The notes below the pieces were generated by a model. That model was not told where the DNA came from, ran no database searches, and saw nothing but the letters and a program-made list of their open reading frames with translations. Shown piece by piece: positions 15,304 to 23,755 of a stretch of DNA of 32,000 nucleotides (positions are counted from its first letter, which is position 1; each line of letters starts with the position of its first letter). The translations under genes and the position numbers were made by a program. Location of the stretch: assembly GCF_000196555.1 (NCBI RefSeq), contig NC_015067.1:480001-512000 (forward strand). The letters run 5' to 3'. The stretch comes from Bifidobacterium longum subsp. longum JCM 1217 (GTDB lineage: Bacteria > Actinomycetota > Actinomycetes > Actinomycetales > Bifidobacteriaceae).

Positions 15304-16023
15304 ATGAGCTTGGAAACGCCAAACGCTTTTGCTGACGAGGAAAACATCCTGTTGCATACGGCATTGTTCAAGCAGGTATCGCCAGCCGAAGCCGAGGAGC
15401 TGTTGCCGCATTTGAAGCATGCGACGTTCGATAAAGGCGACTATATCTTCTCCGAAGGCGATACCGATCAGCGCATGTATTTACTGGAGCAGGGGCGCGT
15501 CAAGCTGATTCGCACTTCTTCCGATGACCGCGTGCAGCTGCTGTCCATCCACGCGCCGGGCGAAGTGCTTGGCGAGATTCCGGTATTCGACCCTCATGGT
15601 GGCCCGCGCACCGCGTCCGCGGTGTCCATGAGCCATGGCACGCGCGTGGTCTGGCTGGAGCATGATGCCCTGTTCGCATGGCTTGATGAGCATCCGCGTG
15701 TGGCCATCGACATGTTGCAGGTCATGGCCAGCCGCCAGCGCGGCAACAACGAACGCATCTCCGACTTGGTATTCATGGATGTGCCGGCGCGTCTGGCCAA
15801 GACATTGCTCAACTTGGGCTCACGTTTCGGCGAGCCGGTGGAACAGGGCCTCAAAGTGCCGCATGACCTGACTCAGGAAGAGCTGGCCCAACTGGTGGGC
15901 TCCAGTCGTGAGACCGTGAACAAGGCGTTGATGGACTTTTCCAACCGCGGATGGATCGCACGTGACGGCCGATCGATCATCATCTTCCAGCCCGGTATGC
16001 TGATTCGACGCTCGCGGCGCTGA
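15304..16023 (+). CDS. Crp/Fnr-family (GlxR-like) transcriptional regulator
   Basis: An N-terminal cyclic-nucleotide-binding beta-roll (GDYIFSEGDTDQRMYLLEQGRVKL...GEVLGEIPVF) and a C-terminal HTH (QEELAQLVGSSRETVNKALMDF). AAGGATGG SD lies upstream. Confidence 0.88.
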   Translation: MSLETPNAFADEENILLHTALFKQVSPAEAEELLPHLKHATFDKGDYIFSEGDTDQRMYLLEQGRVKLIRTSSDDRVQLLSIHAPGEVLGEIPVFDPHGGPRTASAVSMSHGTRVVWLEHDALFAWLDEHPRVAIDMLQVMASRQRGNNERISDLVFMDVPARLAKTLLNLGSRFGEPVEQGLKVPHDLTQEELAQLVGSSRETVNKALMDFSNRGWIARDGRSIIIFQPGMLIRRSRR

Positions 16024-16126
16024 CCGTTCGGCTGACTTCCAGCCAATGTTACGCTAGTGCGATTCTTGTGATGATATGTTCACGGGAGCTGACCGTAAGC
16101 CCGGTTGGTAGGGCACCCCATTTAGA

Positions 16127-18442
16127 ATGGGGCCCATGCCCAAAAAGAAGTCCCTCACTCTCCAACGTGTGCTTGTTCTCCTCTTGGCCTATATCATGCT
16201 TGCCGTCTGCGGCGGCGTGGCGGCCAGCGTGTTGTTTGTACCGGGTGTGATCGGTGCCAATAAAGCCGCCAAAGCGGTGATTCCGTCGCTCAAGGTAGAA
16301 AACGTGGACTTCGACGTGACTAGTCTGCCCCAGAAGTCGACGATGTACGCGCGAGACGGTTCCACCGTTATCGCGACGTTCTACAACCAAAACCGTATCG
16401 TCGTGCCGCTGAAGAAGATTTCCAAAACCATGCAGCAGGCAGTGGTGGCGCGCGAAGACCGTCGATTCTGGACTCACGCCGGCGTCGACGTGCAAGGCGT
16501 GATGCGTGCGTTCGTGCAGACCTACCTCGTCAAAGGCTCCCAGCAGGGTGGTTCGTCGCTGACCCAGCAGTACGTCAAGAACGTGCTGCTGATGCAGGCG
16601 ATCGAGGATGACGATTCGATCGCCCAGTACCATGCCACTGAAGACACCATCGCCCGTAAGATTCGCGAGATGCTGATTTCCGTGCAGATGGAAAAGAAGT
16701 ATTCCAAGGCCGAGATTCTGCAGGGCTATTTGAACATCGCCCAGTTCGGCAACAACCTGTATGGCGTGGAAACCGCGGCCCAGCGCTACTTCAGCGTGTC
16801 CGCCGCCGATTTGAACGTGGTGCAGTCCGCCACCATCGCGGCTATCACCAAGAACCCAAGCCTGTATGATCCGCTGGTCGAAGAGAACCAGAAGGAAAGC
16901 GAAAACCAACGCAATATCGTGCTCAAGCTGATGCTGCAGGAAGGATACATCACCCAGAAGCAGTACACCGAAGCTGTGAACACGCCGTTGAAGGACACGC
17001 TGAAAGCACAGGACGTGAATGTCGGCTGTCAGGACACCGGCGATTACGCGTACTTCTGCGATTTTGTGGTGCATCGCATCCAGAACTCCGAAGAATTCGG
17101 CAAGACTCGTGCCGAGCGTAACAAGCTGCTGCAGGAGGGTGGCCTGAAAATCGTCACCACGCTGGATGTGGAAGCGAATTCCACGATGATGGAGACCGCG
17201 CGTAATACCATTCCACCGGACGATCCCAGCGGCATGGAGATAGCCATGGCCGCAGTCAAACCGGGAACCGGCGAAGTGCTGAGCTTTGGCCTGAATCGTT
17301 ACTATGACGCCACTCCGGCAGCCGCGAACGATCCCACCAAGACGAGCCAGAACTATGCCGTCGATTTGGCGGATGGCGGTGGTTCTGGTTGGACCATCGG
17401 TTCGTCCTGGAAGCCGATCAACCTGATTGCGTGGATGGAAGCGGGCCATTCCATCAACGACAACCTCCAGACCTCGACGTCATACCCCACTACGGACTTC
17501 GCCTGCAGTAACTATTCGGGCGGTGCCGATTCGTGGAACGTGTCGAACGCCATGGGCGCAGGTACAGTGAACCCAGAAAGCCCATTCCTCGGTCTGGTCC
17601 GTTCGCATAACACTACTCAGGCTTCCATGGGTGCCATCCTCAAACTGTGCAAGGTGGCGGACACCGCGACTGAACTGGGATACCATGACGCCGCCACGGG
17701 TGAGACCATCGACAAAACCCAGGTGTATACACCATCCATGATGATCGGCTCGGTGAATGTGTCCCCGCTGACCATGGCGAGCATCTTCGCCGTATACGCC
17801 TCGAATGGTGTGCAATGCAACCCGATTGCCATCAGCAAGGTGACCGATAAGGACGGCAACGATCTCAAGGTTCCATCCGCGAACTGCCATCAGGCGGTGG
17901 ATAAGGACATCATCCAAACACTCGCTTATACCCTGAACCAAGGTACGGTGCGGCCGGATGGTGCCGGTTGGTCATTCAGATTGGCTGACGGGCGTAAGTC
18001 GTTTGGTAAGACCGGTACCAGTGAGGATCTTGCGGTGTCCGGTGGATCGTTCATTCCTAATCAGATTGCGGCGTTCGCTGTGGTCGGCGATGCACAGAAC
18101 CCGTACACCAACCGTATTTCCAACATTGCCATCAACGGCCGGTACAACAGCTATTGGGATGGTTCGACAATCGCGGCTCCGGCCGTTACCAACTTCTTCA
18201 ATAGCTACATTTCCAAGAAGAAAATACCGATTGACAACGATTACGGCCAGCCCGTCTCGAAGTACACCACGACTGGCAAGTATCTGGGCATTGGCGGACG
18301 AACGTTCAGCGTGCCGCAGACCACTACGAATGGCAACAGCCAATCGCAGAGCAGCAACAATCAGTCTCAGTCGCAGAACACTGGGCAAAACAACACCCAA
18401 ACCCAGGGCACCAATTCAGAGCAGTCGAATGATGGCCAGTGA
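16127..18442 (+). CDS. Class A penicillin-binding protein (PBP1A: glycosyltransferase + transpeptidase)
   Basis: N-terminal TM segment. GT51 motifs are present (REDRRFWTHAGVD, GGSSLTQQYVKN). Transpeptidase motifs are SSWK (SxxK), SHN and KTGT. The C-terminal tail is Q/S/N-rich. The start could instead be ATG 16136. Confidence 0.9.
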   Translation: MGPMPKKKSLTLQRVLVLLLAYIMLAVCGGVAASVLFVPGVIGANKAAKAVIPSLKVENVDFDVTSLPQKSTMYARDGSTVIATFYNQNRIVVPLKKISKTMQQAVVAREDRRFWTHAGVDVQGVMRAFVQTYLVKGSQQGGSSLTQQYVKNVLLMQAIEDDDSIAQYHATEDTIARKIREMLISVQMEKKYSKAEILQGYLNIAQFGNNLYGVETAAQRYFSVSAADLNVVQSATIAAITKNPSLYDPLVEENQKESENQRNIVLKLMLQEGYITQKQYTEAVNTPLKDTLKAQDVNVGCQDTGDYAYFCDFVVHRIQNSEEFGKTRAERNKLLQEGGLKIVTTLDVEANSTMMETARNTIPPDDPSGMEIAMAAVKPGTGEVLSFGLNRYYDATPAAANDPTKTSQNYAVDLADGGGSGWTIGSSWKPINLIAWMEAGHSINDNLQTSTSYPTTDFACSNYSGGADSWNVSNAMGAGTVNPESPFLGLVRSHNTTQASMGAILKLCKVADTATELGYHDAATGETIDKTQVYTPSMMIGSVNVSPLTMASIFAVYASNGVQCNPIAISKVTDKDGNDLKVPSANCHQAVDKDIIQTLAYTLNQGTVRPDGAGWSFRLADGRKSFGKTGTSEDLAVSGGSFIPNQIAAFAVVGDAQNPYTNRISNIAINGRYNSYWDGSTIAAPAVTNFFNSYISKKKIPIDNDYGQPVSKYTTTGKYLGIGGRTFSVPQTTTNGNSQSQSSNNQSQSQNTGQNNTQTQGTNSEQSNDGQ

Positions 18443-18530
18443 TTGGTGATTGGCGTTTGACATTTGGTGATTGCATGCCGGCTGAGTCTGCGTAACATGG
18501 CCGACTGCGATACCCAAATTACGTAGTTTG

Positions 18531-18563
18531 CGGGCGTTACCTGTTTCAGGTGACGCCCGTTTT
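18531..18563 (+). terminator. Rho-independent terminator after PBP1A
   Basis: A 12-bp stem CGGGCGTTACCT / AGGTGACGCCCG (one G-U pair) is followed by TTTT (18560-18563). Confidence 0.75.
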
Positions 18564-18633
18564 ACAATACTTAATGACAACGCCATCGCGTTCATCGAAT
18601 ATTTGCCATGAACGTGCATCGGAAAGGGGAACG

Positions 18634-20007
18634 ATGAGCAACGACGATCTGACGCATGAGAATTTTGATTTTCGTGGATTCGACGTGCCGGATCTCAAAG
18701 CGGTGACGCTGGCTTCGTCTTCGGACGGCGATCAGTCCAAGCAGCCGAAGACCAAGCACGAGGATGCATCGAAGAACCGTAAGCACGGTAAGAAGAAGTC
18801 AAAATCCGATGCACGGTCCAAGAAGCGGGCCGGCGCGGGCAAGACGAGCGAATCGTTCGATGATTATGAGGATTATGAGGAAAGGGAAGCTGTGAGCAAG
18901 GCAGATAAGAAAGTCAGCAAGGACCGTCCGGGGCTGTTTGCGCCAATGACGCTGCGCGAGGTGACCGTGCGTAATCGTATTTGGTTGCCGCCGATGTGCA
19001 CGTATTCGTCGTTCGCCCGCGATGGTAGGCCCACGCCGTTCCACTACCAGCATTACGTGTCTCGCGCGTTCGGCGGATTCGGCATGGTGATTGTCGAATC
19101 CACCGCCGTGGCTCCTGAGGGGCGTATCACGCCGTGCGATCTGGGCCTGTGGGAAGACGGGCAGATTGATGCTTGGCGCTGGATCGTGGACGGTATTCGC
19201 GAGGCGGGTGCGGTGCCTGCCATCCAGCTCAACCATGCGGGGCGTAAGGCTTCGACTGGTTGCTTTGCCGTTGGTTACGACGGTCAGAACGTGCCGGAGG
19301 AGGCGGGCGGCTGGCCTACCATGGCACCGTCTGAAATCGCGTTCGGTGGGTTGCGTACGCCGCGCGCGCTGTCCGTGGATGAGATTCATGGTCTGGTCGG
19401 CGCGTTCGCCGTGGCGGCGGGCCGTGCGGTGGCCGCCGGCTTCCAAGCGATTCAGATTCATGCCGCGCATGGCTATCTGATTTCTCAGTTCCTTGACCCG
19501 CTGAGCAATGAGCGTGATGACGAATATGGTGGCGATTTGACCGGTCGCTCTCGGTTCCTGGTCGAGGTTGTGGATGCCGTGCGTGGGGCCGTCCCTGAGG
19601 GCGTGCCGGTTCTGGTGCGCATTTCGGCCACGGATTGGGCCGCCGGCGGTTGGGATTTGGACCAGACCATCGCACTATCCAAGGTGCTGAAGGAGCATGG
19701 CGTCGATGTGATGGACGTGTCTACCGGCGGCATCATGTCGGGAGTGTCGATTCCGGTCAAGCCGAACTATCAGGTGCCGTTCTCCGAGCAGGTCAAGGCC
19801 AAGGCCGATATTCCGGTGACCGCGGTGGGTCTTATCACCAAGCCGAAGCAGGCGGCCAAGATTCTGGCCCATGGCGAAGCCGATGCCGTGGAGATTGGCC
19901 GCGCCGCATTGCGTGATCCATACTGGCCGTTGCGTGCAGCCAACAAGCTGGGCATACCGTCCACCGAGATCCCCTACGCCCCGCAATACGTGGCCGGTGC
20001 GTACTAA
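18634..20007 (+). CDS. NADH:flavin oxidoreductase (Old Yellow Enzyme family) with a charged N-terminal extension
   Basis: The OYE core runs from ...LFAPMTLREVTVRNRIWLPPMCTYS, with HAAHGYLISQFLDP and a C-terminal TIM-barrel. ATG 18634 has AAAGGGGA 4 nt upstream. An alternative in-frame GTG at 18892 has GGAAAGGGAAG upstream. Confidence 0.85.
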   Translation: MSNDDLTHENFDFRGFDVPDLKAVTLASSSDGDQSKQPKTKHEDASKNRKHGKKKSKSDARSKKRAGAGKTSESFDDYEDYEEREAVSKADKKVSKDRPGLFAPMTLREVTVRNRIWLPPMCTYSSFARDGRPTPFHYQHYVSRAFGGFGMVIVESTAVAPEGRITPCDLGLWEDGQIDAWRWIVDGIREAGAVPAIQLNHAGRKASTGCFAVGYDGQNVPEEAGGWPTMAPSEIAFGGLRTPRALSVDEIHGLVGAFAVAAGRAVAAGFQAIQIHAAHGYLISQFLDPLSNERDDEYGGDLTGRSRFLVEVVDAVRGAVPEGVPVLVRISATDWAAGGWDLDQTIALSKVLKEHGVDVMDVSTGGIMSGVSIPVKPNYQVPFSEQVKAKADIPVTAVGLITKPKQAAKILAHGEADAVEIGRAALRDPYWPLRAANKLGIPSTEIPYAPQYVAGAY

Positions 20008-20012
20008 ATCCT

Positions 20013-20154
20013 CATGGGGCGGTAACTTTCCCATGGGGCGGTAAAACCCTCATGGGGCGGTAACCCAAAACGGCGGTATTCTGCGGAATGTGAAATTTGG
20101 CTAACCGCCCCATGGGACAATCACCGCCCCATGAGGGTTTTACCGCCCCATGGG
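20013..20154. repeat. Nested palindromic array of six copies of the 13-mer CATGGGGCGGTAA (3 direct + 3 inverted)
   Basis: Direct copies are at 20013, 20032 and 20051; inverted copies are at 20102, 20121 and 20140. The period is 19 bp in both arms. A perfect 32-bp inverted repeat spans 20030-20061 and 20123-20154. The array fills the gap between the convergent OYE (stop 20007) and pyrD (stop 20175) genes. Confidence 0.85.
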
Positions 20155-20174
20155 TAATAGGGCAATATGTGAGT

Positions 20175-21326
20175 TCACTCCACGTCCACGCCGACGGCGT
20201 CGGAGACGTGCTCGAATCCGTCGCGGCGCAGCAGCTGGGCCAGACCGCGCTTCAACACGGTAATCTGCTGCGGGCCTCGGTACATCAGCGAACTGATGAA
20301 CATGACCAAGCTGGAGCCGGAACGAATCTTCGCATAGGCTTGCTCGGGGGTAAAGACGCCACCGATGCCGGCGATAGCGAACCGGTCGCCATACTCTTTA
20401 TACACCTTGCGAATCAGCTCGGTGCTGGCGTTGGTGCACGGGCCGCCGGACAGGCCGCCCTCCCAATCGCGCGGAATCTCGAGGCCGGTGCGGTCCTTCT
20501 GCAGATTGGCGATGGACAGCCCCTGCACATTGTGATCGGCCAGCACATCGAGCAGCTCCTTGTACTCGCCCCACGGCTTGTTCAACGGCATCTTGACCAG
20601 CGTGGGCTGCGGGCGGTCGATCTTGTCGAGCGCCGTAAACAGACGGTCGAGCGCTTCCGGAGTCGCGGTGAACGGTTCGCCGACGTGCGTGTTCGGGCAG
20701 GAGACGTTGACCTCCACCATCGCGGTGCGGCCGGCGGCGCGGCGCATCGAAATGCAGTAATCCTCAATGCCTTCGTCCAAATCGCCGCACTGGTCGTCGT
20801 TGGTGCGGGCGATCGACACAGACAGCTGCATCTGGCGGGCCTGAGTCCAAGCCTTCTCGGCGCGCTCGATGACCTTGTCCGAACCGATGTTGGCGAGGCC
20901 GACGTGCACCATCATCGAATCGTATTCAGGCAGACGGTGGAACCACGGCTTGGCGTTGCCCGGGCAGGGACGCGAGGTGGTGGAGCCTACGGTTTCAAAA
21001 CCGAAGCCGGCATGGTCCAGCACCACGGGCATGTCGCAGTTCTTGTCGAGGCCGGCGGACAGGCCGAACGGGTTGGTGAAATCGACGCCCATCACATTCG
21101 TTTCCAGAATGGGGTCGGTGTAGTCGAGCATCAGCTGCTCGGCGAGCAGCAGCGGCGGGACGTTCTTGACGACGTGGCAGAACTCGATCATCTGATCGTG
21201 TGCCTCATCGGGGCGGTGGTTGAACACGAAGTTCGGTTTGATGATGTGCTTGTAGCCGAAGGTGAACAGATCGGTGGTGGCTTTGTTGACGGCGTCGTGC
21301 CAGAAGCTTTCAGAAACGTAAGTCAT
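20175..21326 (-). CDS. pyrD: Dihydroorotate dehydrogenase (quinone), class 2
   Basis: Motifs GLSAGLDKN, NVSCPNT, GGLSGGP and IAGIGGV, plus an N-terminal extension typical of class 2 enzymes. Confidence 0.92.
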   Translation of the reverse strand: MTYVSESFWHDAVNKATTDLFTFGYKHIIKPNFVFNHRPDEAHDQMIEFCHVVKNVPPLLLAEQLMLDYTDPILETNVMGVDFTNPFGLSAGLDKNCDMPVVLDHAGFGFETVGSTTSRPCPGNAKPWFHRLPEYDSMMVHVGLANIGSDKVIERAEKAWTQARQMQLSVSIARTNDDQCGDLDEGIEDYCISMRRAAGRTAMVEVNVSCPNTHVGEPFTATPEALDRLFTALDKIDRPQPTLVKMPLNKPWGEYKELLDVLADHNVQGLSIANLQKDRTGLEIPRDWEGGLSGGPCTNASTELIRKVYKEYGDRFAIAGIGGVFTPEQAYAKIRSGSSLVMFISSLMYRGPQQITVLKRGLAQLLRRDGFEHVSDAVGVDVE

Positions 21327-21551
21327 ACCGCCTATTGTCTCACGCTTGGGCTGGTGCGGCTAGGCGATTCCTGCCTAGGCGAATTGGGGAAGGGGCTACC
21401 GCGTGTCGAGGCGCACGCAGGCGTCGGCTCGGCAGAAGATACATGAATCGGGATGCACCAGGTATCAGGCGTGACTCGCCGCTGAGCAACGCGCTCGGGA
21501 GAGTCGTCGGTCGTGAGTCATCGCGCTAGTGGTCGCTGCGAGAATATCGGT

Positions 21552-21566
21552 TCGCACAATGTGCGA
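21552..21566. promoter_or_regulatory. 15-bp palindrome TCGCACAaTGTGCGA in the pyrD / deoR-galTK divergent region
   Basis: The 7-bp arms are perfect. The related half-site GTGCGAT recurs at 21665-21671, inside an inverted repeat TGCGA-taatgt-TCGCA (21666-21681) whose last base is the A of the deoR ATG at 21681. Confidence 0.4.
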
Positions 21567-21680
21567 TTTTGCGCGGTTTTGTGGAAATGAACACCTGAAT
21601 TGCCCGGGATTTTCGAGAGATTGTCCCCAAAACGCTCAAGCCGGTTTGGTTTGTGAGCTTTTGTGTGCGATAATGTTCGC

Positions 21681-22496
21681 ATGATTTCGTCACAACGTCA
21701 GCACCTCATCTTGAGCAGGTTGCGCACACGCGGGGCAGTGCGCATTACGGCGCTATCGAAGGAACTGGGTGTGTCGGCGATGACCATCCGCCGCGATATC
21801 GCCGAACTTGCCGACAAGGGACTGTTGAAGCGCGTCCATGGCGGCGCGGTGACTACCAGTACCTTGCTCAGCGAACCCCTGTTCTCTGTCAAGTCTCAGA
21901 TGGATATCGGCCTGAAGGACGCCATCGCCCAGGAAGCCATCAAATATGTGGCTCCCGGCGATGTAATCGCCATCGGCGGCGGCACCACGGCCTATGTCTT
22001 CGCCCAGCATCTGCTCGAATCGCAGCAGTCCAGCGGCATCACCATCCTCACCAATTCGATTCCCGTGGCCGAGCTGGTCCAGGCCCTCGAATCCAAGGAT
22101 GTGGAGGTGATCGTCACCGGCGGCGTGATCACCCGATCGAACTCGCTTGTCGGCCCGATCGCGGACAAGGTCGTCGCTTCGCTGCGTGTCAACACCGTAT
22201 TCCTCGGCACCCACTCGGTGTCGATTCCCCGTGGCTTCCTGATGCCGAATTCGCTGGAAGCCGCAACCGATATGGCGATGATGGACATCGCCGATCGCAC
22301 CATAGTTTTGACCGATCACACCAAGTGGAGCTGCACGTCGCTGTCGCTGTTTGCGCGCTTCGACCAAGTGGACACGGTCATTACTGACGACGGGCTCGAC
22401 CCCGACTCCGCCGCCAAAACCAAGGATTTAGTAAAGGAGCTCGTGCTGGCCCACCAGAGCGAGACCATTGAGGAAAGTGAGCAAACCCATGGCTGA
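21681..22496 (+). CDS. DeoR-family transcriptional regulator
   Basis: N-terminal HTH (QRQHLILSRLRTRGAVRITALSKELGVSAMTIRRDIAEL) and a C-terminal sugar-phosphate-binding DeoR domain. I chose ATG 21681 over the GTG at 21663. Confidence 0.88.
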   Translation: MISSQRQHLILSRLRTRGAVRITALSKELGVSAMTIRRDIAELADKGLLKRVHGGAVTTSTLLSEPLFSVKSQMDIGLKDAIAQEAIKYVAPGDVIAIGGGTTAYVFAQHLLESQQSSGITILTNSIPVAELVQALESKDVEVIVTGGVITRSNSLVGPIADKVVASLRVNTVFLGTHSVSIPRGFLMPNSLEAATDMAMMDIADRTIVLTDHTKWSCTSLSLFARFDQVDTVITDDGLDPDSAAKTKDLVKELVLAHQSETIEESEQTHG

Positions 22497-23739
22497 TTTC
22501 GCCAACTACACCCCCGGGGAGTATGCGAAGGAGCACATCCGCATCACGCCGACGACGCTTGCCGACGGCCGTGACTTCTTCTACCTGGACGACGACCCCG
22601 AGTTCGTCTCCGGTGCCAAGACCCGCGAGCTCAAGGACCCGCGCCCGCTGGACTACCGTTTCGCCCCGCACCTGGACGCCGACGGCAACGAAGTGCCGTA
22701 CGCCGCCCCGCAGATGCGCCGCGACCCGCTGACCGGCGACTGGATCCCGATGGCCACCGCCCGTATGAACCGCCCGATCACCGCCGGCCCCGGCGCCACC
22801 GCCAAGGGCAACCCGCTGGCCGCCCGCAAGCCCGGTGACCCGTACCAGGACGGCGAAGTGCCGGACACCGACTACAACGTCGTCGTGTTCGAGAACCGCT
22901 TCCCCTCCATGGTGCGCGTGCCCGGCGTCTCCGAGGACGTGACCTACGTTGACGGCAACCCGCTGTGGGAGAAGAAGCTCGCCGCCGGCCGCTGCGAGGT
23001 CATCTGCTTCGACCCGAACGAGGACGGCCTGCCGGCCGATCTGCCGGTCTCCCGCCTGCGCACCGTGGTTGAGGCTTGGGCCTTCCGTACCGCCGAAATC
23101 TCCAAGATGGAAGGCATCGAGCAGATCTTCCCGTTCGAGAACCACGGCCAGGAAATCGGCGTCTCCCTCGCTCACCCGCACGGCCAGGTCTACTGCTACC
23201 CGTTCATCGCCCCGAAGATGGAGAAGGAACTCCAGCACACCGAGGCCTACCACGAGAAGACCGGCGGCAACCTGCTTAAGGACATCATGAACGCCGAGCT
23301 CGAAGCCGGCGAACGCATCGTGATGCGCAACCACAGCTGGGTCGCCTACGTGCCGGCCGCCGCCCGTTGGCCCCTCGAGGTCCACGTGGCTCCGGTGCGC
23401 GACGTGCTCACCCTCGACCAGCTCAACGACGAAGAACGCTGGGACCTCGCCTCCATGTACTCGCACCTCCTGAAGCGCGGCAACGCCTTCTTCGACAAGG
23501 GCGACGGCAAGGGCATGGACCTGCCATACATCGCCGCCTGGCACCAGGCCCCGATCCACGACGCCCGCCGCGAGAACTACCGCCTGAACCTGCAGTTCTT
23601 CTCCTTCCGCCGCGCCGCCAACAAGATCAAGTACCTCGCCGGCTCCGAATCCGGCATGGCCGCCTGGATCTCCGACACCACGCCGGAACTCATCGCCAAG
23701 CGCTTCCACGAGCTCGGCTCCATCGACATCGCCGACTGA
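22489..23739 (+). CDS. galT: Galactose-1-phosphate uridylyltransferase
   Basis: Active-site motif LAHPHGQVY and a HIT-like repeat architecture. ATG 22489 has GAGGAAAG upstream and overlaps the deoR stop by 8 nt. Confidence 0.93.
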   Translation: MADFANYTPGEYAKEHIRITPTTLADGRDFFYLDDDPEFVSGAKTRELKDPRPLDYRFAPHLDADGNEVPYAAPQMRRDPLTGDWIPMATARMNRPITAGPGATAKGNPLAARKPGDPYQDGEVPDTDYNVVVFENRFPSMVRVPGVSEDVTYVDGNPLWEKKLAAGRCEVICFDPNEDGLPADLPVSRLRTVVEAWAFRTAEISKMEGIEQIFPFENHGQEIGVSLAHPHGQVYCYPFIAPKMEKELQHTEAYHEKTGGNLLKDIMNAELEAGERIVMRNHSWVAYVPAAARWPLEVHVAPVRDVLTLDQLNDEERWDLASMYSHLLKRGNAFFDKGDGKGMDLPYIAAWHQAPIHDARRENYRLNLQFFSFRRAANKIKYLAGSESGMAAWISDTTPELIAKRFHELGSIDIAD

Positions 23740-23755
23740 TAGAAAGAAAACATCA

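Noticed and set aside
20013-20154. Possible CRISPR array, because of evenly spaced repeats
   Set aside because: The repeats are only 13 nt with 6-nt spacers, and half are inverted, forming one large palindrome. No cas genes are nearby.
20097-21446. 449-aa plus-strand ORF
   Set aside because: It is antisense to pyrD, which has clear class 2 DHODH motifs. This is a shadow ORF with no start context.
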